Source of the DNA: Schmidtea polychroa
Taxonomy: Eukaryota
NCBI GenBank assembly: GCA_044892525.1
Contig: CM097885.1
Coordinates: 188,418,001 to 188,482,000, forward strand
Reading direction: 5' to 3'
Length of the DNA stretch: 64,000 nucleotides
Shown here: positions 36,897 through 48,900 of the stretch, one piece after another
Layout: each line of letters opens with the position of its first letter
Position numbering within the stretch: position 1 is the stretch's first letter
Made by a program: the position numbers and the translations under genes
Notes under the pieces: model-generated
Database searches by the model: none
Told to the model about the DNA's origin: nothing
Seen by the model: only the letters and a program-made list of their open reading frames with translations

Positions 36897-37545
36897 GGAA
36901 GTTTTATGATGAAGAAATTTTTAAATTGAAAATTTTAAAAATTAAATTTTAGATTAATTTTTAAAAAAAATAAAAAGATATTTTAATTAAAAATATCTTC
37001 GTAGAAAATTTGTTTAAATAAGAAAGTTTTAAGAAGATATAATTTGATACTGATATTTACTGAAATAAAATTTATGGAAACAAAAACTGATTTTAATGTT
37101 TTACAGGATGAACATCCTAATATCGTGGATGTTACGTTTGGGCAATATAGCATAATGCCATTGTATTTTCTAGTAAATTTATAATATTAACTGAAAGCAC
37201 TTTCAGGAATTTGTATCAGCTACAGAAAAATTATCTTAAAGAAGAGTGCTCCATACAAAAAGAAAGACGACAATAGGAAAAAATAAGGAAATGGAATAGG
37301 TATTACTACAGACAATGTAATGCGGGATTATGTTCGTAAGTTGTTTTTTGAAATAGTATACCAAATTATTTTTAATTATTAGTATATAAACATGTGCAAT
37401 ATTTTGATAAAAAATTTTTGTGAAAAATTCCCTACTAAAATGGATTTATTTATCTGAGACACTTGGCTGGGGTCAACACTTTAAAGCTCTGTCTGTTAGA
37501 CATCATAAAATACGGTAACGATGATTTTTTCTCAATACTCTAACC

Positions 37546-37837
37546 CAGGGCTTCTTAAACTATGGGTCGCGACCCCGTTTGGGGTCGCCTAGCGAAATAT
37601 TGGGGTCGCGAAATTTTTATATAAAATATTCAAATACATAAAATTGCATAATTGTCGTATGTTTTCCTACTCATTAGGCAAATGAAACGTGAATTTTGTC
37701 ATATGTATTTATATTATTACTTAATTAATAAATCTTCACAAAAAATTTATATATCTTTATTTTAAATTATAAGGGGTCGCAAAAAAGGTTTACAATCATT
37801 AATGGGGTCGCGAATGAAAAAAGTTTAAGAAGCACTG
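37546..37837. mobile_element. hAT (Buster/Charlie-type) MITE, 292 bp, copy 2
   Basis: TIRs CAGGGCTTCTTAAACT / CAGTGCTTCTTAAACT and perfect 8-bp TSD CTCTAACC (37538-45 / 37838-45). Reverse-complement match to 13559-13875 apart from a roughly 25-bp internal deletion. Confidence 0.93.
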
Positions 37838-39572
37838 CTCTAACCGTTAGGCAGAAAACGAATATGATTTTGTTTAATTAAAAATTTATCTCCTCTTGTA
37901 AAACGCTTTAACTCTTGTTCAATTTTTACTCATTACTTATCTTCCACCATTATCGCTTTTTGGCTAAGGTGAAAGGTTAAATTTCTATATTAATCAAGAT
38001 AAATTTCTAAATTAAATCCCTTGAAAAATCTACACAAATTAAATTCTTTTTATTTTATTGAAATATCAGCTTGGTAAACTCGGGAATTTTGGTCCTTGTT
38101 AAATTGATTTATTTTTTTGAATTAATTGATTAATTAGTTTGTATTTTTTAAATAACTTGTCTAATGACATCCATTTATTGGAAATAATATTTATATTTCT
38201 CTCATTATTTGCTATCTGCTCATAATCTGTTTCTTCTGAAAAATATTTTTTTAATTTTTACACTTTTTACTTAATTTTGCATTATATGTTTATTAAATGA
38301 ATTTGTTTAAATAATATTGCAGTTAACCGCCAGCTATTAATGTAGAGGCACAGAATCATGTGCAAATAAATAAATACATAAAATTAAACATAAAAACGAT
38401 AAATCATTTATCTTGTTAATTATCTGGAGAGAATTGCTTGTTGGTCCACTGAATGTGTCCATAGAAATAGATTTCTATTGAATTTGCACTTTCAAAATCT
38501 TTTAACTTTTTTTTCGAACTGTTATTCTACAATTTTACACATTTGACAATTTGTAATCCTGAGAGTTGACTTTATATATTTTCGGTAAGTCTTGGCCACA
38601 ATGCCTTTATCCAACATAAAAATTAATCAAATTTTGTAATAATCTTAGAGTAGCAGTAAAATAGTATCCAATTCATAAAAACAAATGAATAATACCATGT
38701 AATTATGTATGCCGTTAATACCCTGATATTAAGTCATTACTCGATACTCGATGGTAAAATAATACACAGAGGAAGAAGTGGTTGTAGTTTACACATTGAG
38801 CTACTGTTAAGGAGTGACATGTTTAGAATTGAAATGGACAAATTTTTTAAATTGAGTCAGTATCTTGAGCTAATTAATGAGATATCCAAATATAAGAATT
38901 GTTAGTCTCATCTCGAATTATCTCATGTTTCTAAAATAAATGCTGTAAAATCGGTATTAACCAAAAGTTTTCCAAGAAATACACACTTTCTTGTGGATTT
39001 TCAAAAGTAATTGATCATCGAAAATTATAGAAAAGTGTCTTCTTGAAAAGAGTGGGGGCAGATTAGTGAAATATTATAAACCAAACAGAAGTGATAATCG
39101 AGGGGTAAGAAGTAATAATTTTGATGCTTCCTAAGAAGATAAGATAAATTATATGATTCTTTAATATATAAATTATAAAATATATTTTTTTACATGGACT
39201 AGCTCGTTCTAAATTACCTTTCCATGAAAACTTAACCAAATTAAAATTATTAATTAAAATTAGAAATCACTGAATTTTTGGTTTGTGCTCTTTTTAATAT
39301 GTGATGGCAATTGTTGATTTCTAATCTTACATTAAAATAAAATAACTTTTTCTTTCGCAGCTATTGCTTTTGTTAATTCTTTTTTTCAATGTTTACTAAT
39401 TCACAATTAATATAATTCTGTTGATCTCCAGTCGCAGCTGGCACTTCGTAATTTTTCTGAGACTAATAACGACTATTCTTCCATTTATGGAATAATAAAA
39501 TAATAGATTCAAAAGCCCGTAATTGACATCAATACATTTTTGAAAGTTCATACAAAATTGTCATCATGGGAC

Positions 39573-39886
39573 CAATGTTCCCTCTAAGCCATAAGCAGCA
39601 GTGCGCGCAGTCAGCTGCGCTGAGCAGCCTTTAAATACAAATGAGCGTCTAAATGCTTTAACGTGGTTGTAAGAGTTTTAAAACGACACTGTATTCTATA
39701 ACTGTAGCGACTATGTTGAAAACTAAGTAGATAACCGGTCTTCGCTGCTGGTGGTCCATTTACATCGACAATTTCCGTGTGCTTTTTACTAGGAACAACT
39801 GCCATGAAACGGTTGAATTAAATATACTGCGCTGAAAATAATTTTGCTGCGCGCGCGCTCACGCGCGCAGCTTAGAGGGAACGTTG
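39573..39886. mobile_element. hAT MITE, 314 bp
   Basis: 16-bp TIR CAA(T/C)GTTCCCTCTAAG, perfect 8-bp TSD CATGGGAC (39565-72 / 39887-94), and GCGC-rich subterminal repeats. Confidence 0.92.
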
Positions 39887-40124
39887 CATGGGACTCCCTT
39901 AATTCAGTGAATTGACAGTGATTTGTTTGTAAATTTAATTATTGTCATTGCGTTTTGTTCAATAGTATAATCATTCTAAAATAGACTTCATGTCTAGTGG
40001 GAGTATAAAAAAAGAAACGACAATAACAGAAATAGGTTTTAGTCTCAAGTAAAATATTAAAAGTGGTATATTATAATTAAGTGAAATATATTTTACTCGA
40101 ATTCAAGTTAGATGTAAACCTTAA

Positions 40125-40312
40125 CCCTCCAGAGGGCGCGTTGGGTCTTTTTTTGCGTAAAAAAATTTTTTGTGGCGTAGCATCAATTCAGAACATTCTG
40201 TAGCTGATTCATTTCAGCTTTACTTTAATTTCGACCAAAATCATTAATACATTATTAAATCATTATAATTTTAGACAACAGCGCTTTGAATTTTAGCGCG
40301 CACTCTGCAGGG
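40125..40312. mobile_element. piggyBac-type MITE, 188 bp
   Basis: TTAA on both sides (40121-24 / 40313-16). TIR CCCT(C/G)CAGAG(G/T)GCGCG has 2 mismatches in 16. Confidence 0.8.
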
Positions 40313-41235
40313 TTAAAGGAAGATGTATAAGTTTGAGGAATATCAACTGGAGGTTAATATTGTTGGAAAGATTTCGAAGTGATTTGAAAGATATGGAATA
40401 AAGGTGAATACTGTTATCACATTGTGTAAAGCACCGACAATTGGTATTTTAGAGGACAATTTATTTACTGTTACATAATTGGTTTGTTATAGAAATATTT
40501 ATCTTTTTCAATAAGACAAATAGCCAAAAATTATATAAAAGTGAAATGAAAAATAAATATTGAAGATCCTATGTGATATGGACCATAAAGGCCCTTTAAG
40601 ACTATCTATTGAAACTTGAAGAGTTACCACATTGCAAACATTTTCACTAATTAGAGGTAAAAAATATTTTTATACTGGACATTGTCAATAAAAGCATCCT
40701 AAGTCATAAGAAAAATTCCTTTTGATGAATTCAAAACAAACACCTTTTCATGATGTCATGTTCTATCTCAATTATATCTCATCACAAATAAACAAGCCCT
40801 TCTACTAATTTAATATTTAATAAAAACTATAATACAGCTATAGATCACACAAAATACCAAAAAGTAACACTTTGGATTATTTTTCATTTCTTTCATTAGA
40901 AAATATTTGTTTGAATCAGTGAATACGTCCATTGAAAAGTATTTCAATAAAACATATATCTTAGGAATGCTTTCCAGTAATCTCAACAAAATAGCTCGTC
41001 AAAATCATAAACCGAAAAATCCAGCGCCCAAACAACCCCTCCAAGATACACACACAAACAACTGAAAAATTGAAATAAAATTAAAAAGTCAACGGAAAAT
41101 GAGATCATCAATTGATTGCATATACATAATTTTGTAAAAAAGTTAACTCCAATAGTAAAATCAATATTAAATTGATCCAAATATTTCTGAAAAATATTTT
41201 GTCATAGATAATTTGAATGAGTTTTCTGTAGCGAT

Positions 41236-41454
41236 NNNNNNNNNNNNNNNNNNNNNNNNNNNNNNNNNNNNNNNNNNNNNNNNNNNNNNNNNNNNNNNNN
41301 NNNNNNNNNNNNNNNNNNNNNNNNNNNNNNNNNNNNNNNNNNNNNNNNNNNNNNNNNNNNNNNNNNNNNNNNNNNNNNNNNNNNNNNNNNNNNNNNNNNN
41401 NNNNNNNNNNNNNNNNNNNNNNNNNNNNNNNNNNNNNNNNNNNNNNNNNNNNNN
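41236..41454. other. Assembly gap (219 N)
   Basis: Run of N in the sequence. Confidence 1.
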
Positions 41455-41784
41455 AACCAAACACAATCATACGAATGACCTCAAGGCTGCAAAAATAGAT
41501 ATTAAAAATAGTAAATGCCACTAAACTAGTAACATCAATACTATTGGATGCCAATAAGACGGCCGTCATAGATATATGTATGCCGACTATCAGAGCTCAT
41601 CGATGATTTGTCGCCGCTTTACAATGCGATGACCATTGGCAGTGAATATTATGTCTGAGAAAAAATTGATACTAATGGTTTCTGTTGCATTGAAAATATC
41701 TAATTTGATAATTTAATTGGAATAAGAGAGTAAGTTTCCTATAGTTTTATCCAATGAATAATTTAATGATAGGATTGCTAGAAA

Positions 41785-42930
41785 TCAATTGGAATTTGAT
41801 ACCGGTCCAAGAACTGAAGGCTCCGTATTCCTTCGCTTTACTCTCTTGCACTTTTTTAACATTGTAGCCTGGAACCATCGAATAGATCAAATATTCGTAT
41901 AAAATTTTAACATTAAATTTAGAACTGATAAAATGTAAATAAATAAATTATAAAAATATAGATTCCGATAACATACAGAATGAGATAAATAAAAGAGTTA
42001 TGAAAAATTCAAAATTGGATACTTAATTATCAATGTCAGTTCTTAAATTTTGATTAATATATTGTCCGGTTTATTAAAAAATTTTCTGATAAGATTAGGT
42101 TTCTTGATTCCGCGCGTCCTTTTTGATTATACAAAACAGAACATCAAAAATAGTTTGTTTTATTTTCTTTAATAAATAACAAATTCACAGAATGCACTTT
42201 ATATAATCAATTTACTATCCACACTCTGATATCAGTTGAGTAGGTTTACCAAGAGTTAACTACTAAAATGAAACTTCAAAACGGTTGATGCTTTGGGTAA
42301 GACAATCCCTTCTCACCTGAGGCTTCTATAATTTCCTTGACTTCTTTATAATTTCTCCCTAATTCCTGGTTTCTCGTTAGTTTTAGTTTCTGGCTACGTT
42401 TTTGCCGAAATTTTTCTTTCTTTTCGGTTTATTGATCAATATGCTTATATACCAATTGGTAGGTAAGCCAAGTTAGTTGCTCGTTTCTAAATAGTGGTTC
42501 CCGAGCTCTTGAAAAATATAATTATCCACAACTAAACCTCAAACTTATAGACCGCCGCTGCGTCTGCCTCATGATTATCAAAAAAATCTTTGAATAATTA
42601 ATGAATTAGTTTTTTAAAATCAATTTTTAATTATTTTACTCGTTTCCAACTTCTTTTTACTACCTGGTAATAAATTTTTCCTTGCAAAATATTGATTTTA
42701 ATTAATTTTTTCTCCAAAAATCTTGAGTTTTACCAGATTTGCATCTGAATTCATTGCAATTTTAAATTTATTTGTGCAAGCAGGCCCGGTTTTAGGCATA
42801 GGCGACGTCGGCAGCAGCCTAGGGCGCCGATTTACAAGCGGGCGCCAAATAGTTCTGCTTTTTTTATCAAGTAAATTAAATATTTTATAAACTTTCTATC
42901 TTTATATTGATATATACATATGTATGAATT

Positions 42931-42997
<67 letters not shown>

Positions 42998-45900
42998 GTA
43001 AAACATGTAATTCCATCGTTGTTTTAGTCCGATACCGATTACTTATTTCTTTTAAAATTTAAAAAAATACAACGGAAAATCGATTTAAAAAAATATTTTG
43101 CAAGTTCAAAAAAGTTAACTGAAAAGCGGTTTTAAAAAAAATTTAGCATATAGCATGCTCTGAAATTTTTTTAAATTACGCAATAATTTTTAGTTTTATT
43201 TTAAAAGAATAAAGTCACATGCAGTAAAGTTTTAAAAGACTAAAGTAAATGTTAAAAAAGTTAAAAAATAAATAAACAGAAAGTGAAAAAAAAAATAAAA
43301 TTTAATTAGTGCAGGGCTCAAATTTTTTTTATTTAAAGTATATATAATTTCGGTCGTACTTCCAGTATAATTTTTACATATATACAACACAGTAATTTAA
43401 TTTATATTGGATTTTTCTACACCTATTATTAAATCTATTATATTCTATTAATTTTTACTTGAGGTAGCATAATGGCAGATAGAAAAAAATTATCTGGCGC
43501 ACAAAATAGAAAACGTAAAGCTGAAAAGAAAAATGAAGAAAAAAAGCAAGAAGGTGCTTTTCTGAAATATATTTGTCGTCAACAATCACAAGATAAAAAT
43601 CGAAATGAAATGACTCCGAGAAAACAAGTATACTGCAATTTGGAAGAGCAAATGGATAGGAACTCTACAACTAGAAATGCAGAGGTGCCTATTTTGACTG
43701 AGTTTCCACATACGAATGTGGAAGAAACTATAGAAGAAACTGAAGTTGAAACAATTGAAGAAACTGTTGAAGAACCTATAGAAGAAATTGTATTAGAAAC
43801 TATAGAAGACACTGAAGAAATTTTAATTAATGAAACTTTGGAAATATTAGAAAGCGTAAATTCGAGTCTTGATTATAGTGATCCGGCAACTTGGTTAAAT
43901 TCACATGACTTACGTTCTGGCCGTTTGAGGCAAATTTTGGTTGAACACGGACCAGAACAAATTGAAGAATTTGATTTTCCTCAAAATGAGAGCCATAGAA
44001 AATTTTCAATGAATTTTTATAGAAGGAGACTTGCAAATGGAGAAGAAATGCGGCGTCATTGGCTACAGTATTCCAAAACAACTAATTCGGCTTTCTGCTT
44101 TTGTTGCAAAATTTTTAATAATAACCAGCGTGTAATACATCTCTCCGATAAAGGATCAAGCGATTGGAAAAATATGTCTGTAATTTTAGAAAGACATGAG
44201 AAAAATAAGGATCATTTAATTAATTTTCAAACTTGGAAGGAGCTAGAATTGCGTTTAAAAAAGAATAAAACTATTGACCAGGATAATTTGCGTCTCATAA
44301 AACAAGAAGAGAGACACTGGCAACAAGTCTTAGAGCGTCTTATAGGTCTAGTTAAAGTGCTTGCTACGCAAAATATTGCATTTCGCGGAAGCAATGAAAA
44401 ATTGTATTCTCCTGGAAATGGAAACTTCCTTAGCTTTGTAGAATATTTGGCCTCTTTTGATCCAATTATGGGTGAGCATCTTCGCAGAATAAAGAACAAT
44501 GAAACACAAGTTCATTATTTGGGAAAAGATATTCAGAATGAGTTAATACAACTTTTATCTAAGAGTATTAAAACAAAAATTTTAAAATCGATTTCCATGG
44601 CTAAATATTTTTCAATAATCCTGGATTGCACACCAGACGTTAGCCATACTGAACAAATGACGTTGATTATTCGTTTTGTCCATACAAATACAGAAAATTG
44701 TGATTTAGATCCCATATGCATAAGAGAACATTTTTTGGGATTTGTGAAACTAACAGATACAACTGGTGCTGGTATGACCGATGAAATCGTTCAGATGTTA
44801 GCAGATATGTCATTACCTATTGAGAACTTGCGTGGCCAAGGATACGATAATGGTAGCAATATGAAAGGCAAAGAAAATGGCGTGCAACGGCGAATTCTGA
44901 ATCTAAATCCACGAGCATTATTTGTTCCTTGTTCTGCGCATTCTTTGAATCTGGTTGTTAATGACGCTGTAAGCTGTTGTTTAGATGCTACATCATTTTT
45001 TATGTTAGTGCAACGAATATATGTCTATTTTGCCGCTTCAACACGTCGATGGGAAGTTTTAAAACGTCATGCTTCAAACTTGACAGTGAAGCCATTGAGC
45101 GATACAAGATGGGAGAGCCGAATCGATGCCCTTAAACCTCTACGCTATCAGCTAAGTAAAGTTATTGCTGCACTTATTGATATTTTTCAAGATACTTCTC
45201 AAACAGGAGTTTCTGGTAATACTTCACGTATAGAAGCACAGGGCCTTGCTAAAGCTATTTCGAATTTCGAGTTTGTAGTTTCTGTTATTATCTGGTATGA
45301 TATTCTTTTCAACATAAATATTACAAGCAAACAACTTCAATCTGAGAAAATTAATATTCAAGATGCTATGAAGCTACTAGAAGATACCAAAAAATTTCTA
45401 TTCAACTCCCGAAATGATGAAGGTTTTGAAAGAATATTGGTAGATGCGCGAGAACTTGCTGAAGAATCAGAAATTTCCCCAATCTTTAAACAAACTCAGC
45501 GTATCAGAAAACAAAAAAAACAGTTCGAATATGAAGCCAACGATGAGCCCATTCAGAACCCAAAAGAAAAATTTAAGATCAGCTTTTACTTCGCAGTTTT
45601 GGATAGAGCTTTAAAATCTGTTGAGCAAAGATTCACCCAAATGTCAACGATAAATTCAACATTTGGATTTCTATACAACATACATAATTTGCAATATATT
45701 TCGTCAAAGAAAATATTAGAGGATTGTCTTAAACTGGAAAATTTTTTACGGCACGATGATTCTAAAGATATTGATGGTACAGATTTATTGAACGAATTGA
45801 TATTTATAGCTAGACATATTCCAAAAAACTTATTGCCGGAAGATGTACTTAATTATATTTGTAAAAATAATATAGTGGACAGCGTTCCAAATATATTTGT

Positions 45901-48900
45901 TGCTTTGCGAATTTTATTAACCCTACCAGTTTCTGTGGCAAGCGGTGAACGAAGCTTTTCGAAGCTTAAACAGATCAAAACATATATAAGATCTACAATG
46001 TCACAAGAACGGCTTGTGGGATTAGCAATATTGTCGATTGAACACGAAATGGCGCGTGATATAGATACGAAGTTGCTGCTTGAAGATTTCGCTAAACTAA
46101 AAGCACGAAAAATTAAATTTTAAATGGTTTTTGTTTTTATATATATTTTTGTGTAATAAATAAATGAAGTATAGTTATTTTATTTTCATTTACTTCTTTA
46201 ATTATTGGGTTTGTTTCTAGACTAGAGGCGCCATTTTTTTAGTTTGCCTAGGGCGCCAAATACTCTAGCGTCGGGCCTGTGTGCAAGTCTATGCAAATCT
46301 CAACAATGAAATCTTTCCATAAATTTTTATTAAAATTATTTAAATGTAAATTTCCTCTTAATAAAATCACAAACTAAAAGATAATAACAACAGATTAATA
46401 CAAACTGAAATATTTAAGTTAAAAAATTCAAATATTAATTTTACAAATATATTATTTCTATTTTGATTTATTTATTTATACCTTTATTTAGTAAGATGTA
46501 ACATTTTATTTCTCTTTCTAAACTTGGTCCTATTATGGAGGGTTATTTGTCCCAGTAAACTACTGTGTAAATTTGGTTCCGAAGAAATAGAGGTCTTAAC
46601 TAGAGGTGGTCTCTTTAGGGAGGTGCTTTTAAGTAGAGGTTTTACTGTATAATCATTTAAAAGTTTTAGAAAGAACTGTGACATTCTTAAGGACAACCAC
46701 ATTTTCAATGTAATTCATATTCAATTTAATTTGATTTTGATAAATCCATCAATTAATATAATAAAATAAATACTCATGAATTTATTGATTTTAGAATTAA
46801 AAAAACTTTTCATCTATATCTATCTGATTCTTTTGATAATATCATCAAATTATATAATTCTCTAAGCAGTGGCGGAACTTCAAAATTTGGGTCCCCCGCG
46901 CAATGTAAAATAATTCCACAATAATTTTTTTTAACAAAAACAAGTTAGATATTTATTTCATACATCATAAAATAATACAAAAATGAAACTAAAACTTAAT
47001 GGACCTTAAATATTAAAATCTTTCCTCCATGCCTTCATATTGGCAAAAAAAATTTTCGGTTAAAGTTTAATACATAGTTATTCACAGCAGCCGCTATTCA
47101 ATGATAGTTTTATGTTTGTAGGCAAATATAACTGCGGGAAAAAAGTTTCAGAAAATGATTGTAAATATTTTTTTAGTAATAATTTTGGGGCCCCTATAGC
47201 TGGTGGGCCCCCGCAACGCAGGGTCCTGCGTCCACTAGTTACGCCACTGTCTCTAAGCAGTGGCGTAACAACGGCTTGGTATTGGGGCAGTTGCCAAGAG
47301 CGCCACAAAATTTTTATTTAAATAGATATTTCACTTTTATTCTCGATAACAAAAAAGCTAATAATTAATTTTATTTAAATATATTTCATTTAAACCATTA
47401 TAATATACTTGATCGATTTTAGATTTTTAGTAACTGAAATCAATTAATCAATTCTTAATAAGAATAAATAAGTAATTAATTAAATTCATTGTCCAGAAAA
47501 TAAATATATTCGGAATAAATAAACACAACAGGAAAAACAGGAGATGGAATTGCCTAGGAAATTAAAGCAGCATTTATTCAAATGGTTTATCACTTGAAGA
47601 TGTACGCGGCCAAGGCTACGATAATGGGGCCAACATGGTAGGGAAGTACGAGGGAGTTCAAGCCATACTTCAAAAAGAGAATCCACTTGCTCGGTATTTT
47701 CCGTGTTGTGCATATAATCTTAATTTGGTAGATGTGCACGCGGCAAGCATTGATGCAGATGTTGTGACATTTTTCGGAACTATACAGGCATTGTACAATT
47801 ATTTCTTCTCGTCAACTAGTAGATGGGAAAAATATCCTCAGTTACTGCAATCAGTCTAAAGAAGCATACGGACACAATATGGTGTTCCACAACAAATGCT
47901 GTAAGTGCCATATATGAGCAACTGGAGCAAATTATTTTAAAATTAATTGAAATGAAGGATAATAACTTACTTAGTGACGCATTATTTGTTGCTAAATTAT
48001 TGCACCGCCAAATCAATAAATACAAGTTCATTGCGTTTATAACTATTTGGAATTTGATATTGGAAAAAATAAACAAAGTCAATGTAGCACTACAAAAAAG
48101 ACCAGGATATTTATCAATCGTCGTTGTTAATTAAAGGACTTTTAAATGACTTTGAAGATCTAAGAACTAACGAAATCTATAATATTTTTGCCAAAATTGA
48201 AAAAAACGTATTAAAATGAAAATCGAACCAGTTCAAAAAAGGAAACCAACATGAAAACGAATACCAGGAGAGCATGCTGAAGATGAAGAACCTAACTTGG
48301 ATACATTCAAAATTTCTTGTTTTGCAAATATGGATTCAATAATGATCCAGTTAAAAGATAGATTTGTTTCTCTGAAAAATATAGAAGAAGATTTTAACTT
48401 TCTGGCTGGCAAAGCGTTTCAACCTTTTACAATGGAGGATTTAGAATCTAACGCTGGTTTATTATCAGTCATATATCCTGAAATAAATAAAGAGCAATTT
48501 ATAATTGAAATAAAATGCTTTAAACACTAAATGATTGAACTATTGGAAAGTAAAAAACCCGATGACATGTTTCATTTAGATCTTTTAAATGTTTTTGCTA
48601 CATGGGAATTGCAAGAAACGTACCCGAATATCGAACGAGCCCTGAAAACATTTCTTACAATGTCAACTACAGTAGCCAGCGCTGAAAGGAGTTTCAGCAA
48701 ACTAAAAATTATTAAAAACTACTTGAGATCAACGCCAAGTCAATAACGCACATCATCTCTAGCTCTTATTTCCATCGAACGTGAACTTACCAGTCAAATA
48801 AACTTCAATGAAATAATAACTAATTTTCCAAACATTAAATCAAGAAAAGTTAAGCCTTGAGCCTTTGATATAGAACTAGGAGTGTATAAGTGTAGTATTA

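Larger units (their letters stand above)
32586..37122 (+). mobile_element. Full-length, degenerate Ty3/Gypsy LTR retrotransposon, 4537 bp
   Basis: LTRs are 32586-32791 (206 bp) and 36892-37122 (231 bp), with 5-bp TSD TCGTG (32581-85 / 37123-27). PBS TGGTGGCAGCGGT at 32792 is complementary to the 3' end of tRNA-Leu. PPT AAGAAGGGGGA lies at 36881-91. Gene order is gag-PR-RT-RH-IN, with no env. Confidence 0.97.
42781..46279 (+). mobile_element. Intact autonomous-looking hAT element, 3499 bp, in the DGK last intron
   Basis: Termini CAGGCCCG..CGGGCCTG, perfect 8-bp TSD TGTGCAAG (42773-80 / 46280-87), subterminal CCTAGGGCGCC repeats at both ends, and an uninterrupted 883-aa ORF. Confidence 0.96.

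Noticed and set aside
38400-38620. Possible integrase zinc-finger remnant on the minus strand (LWPRLTENI..CVK)
   Set aside because: A single weak motif amid stops; insufficient evidence.
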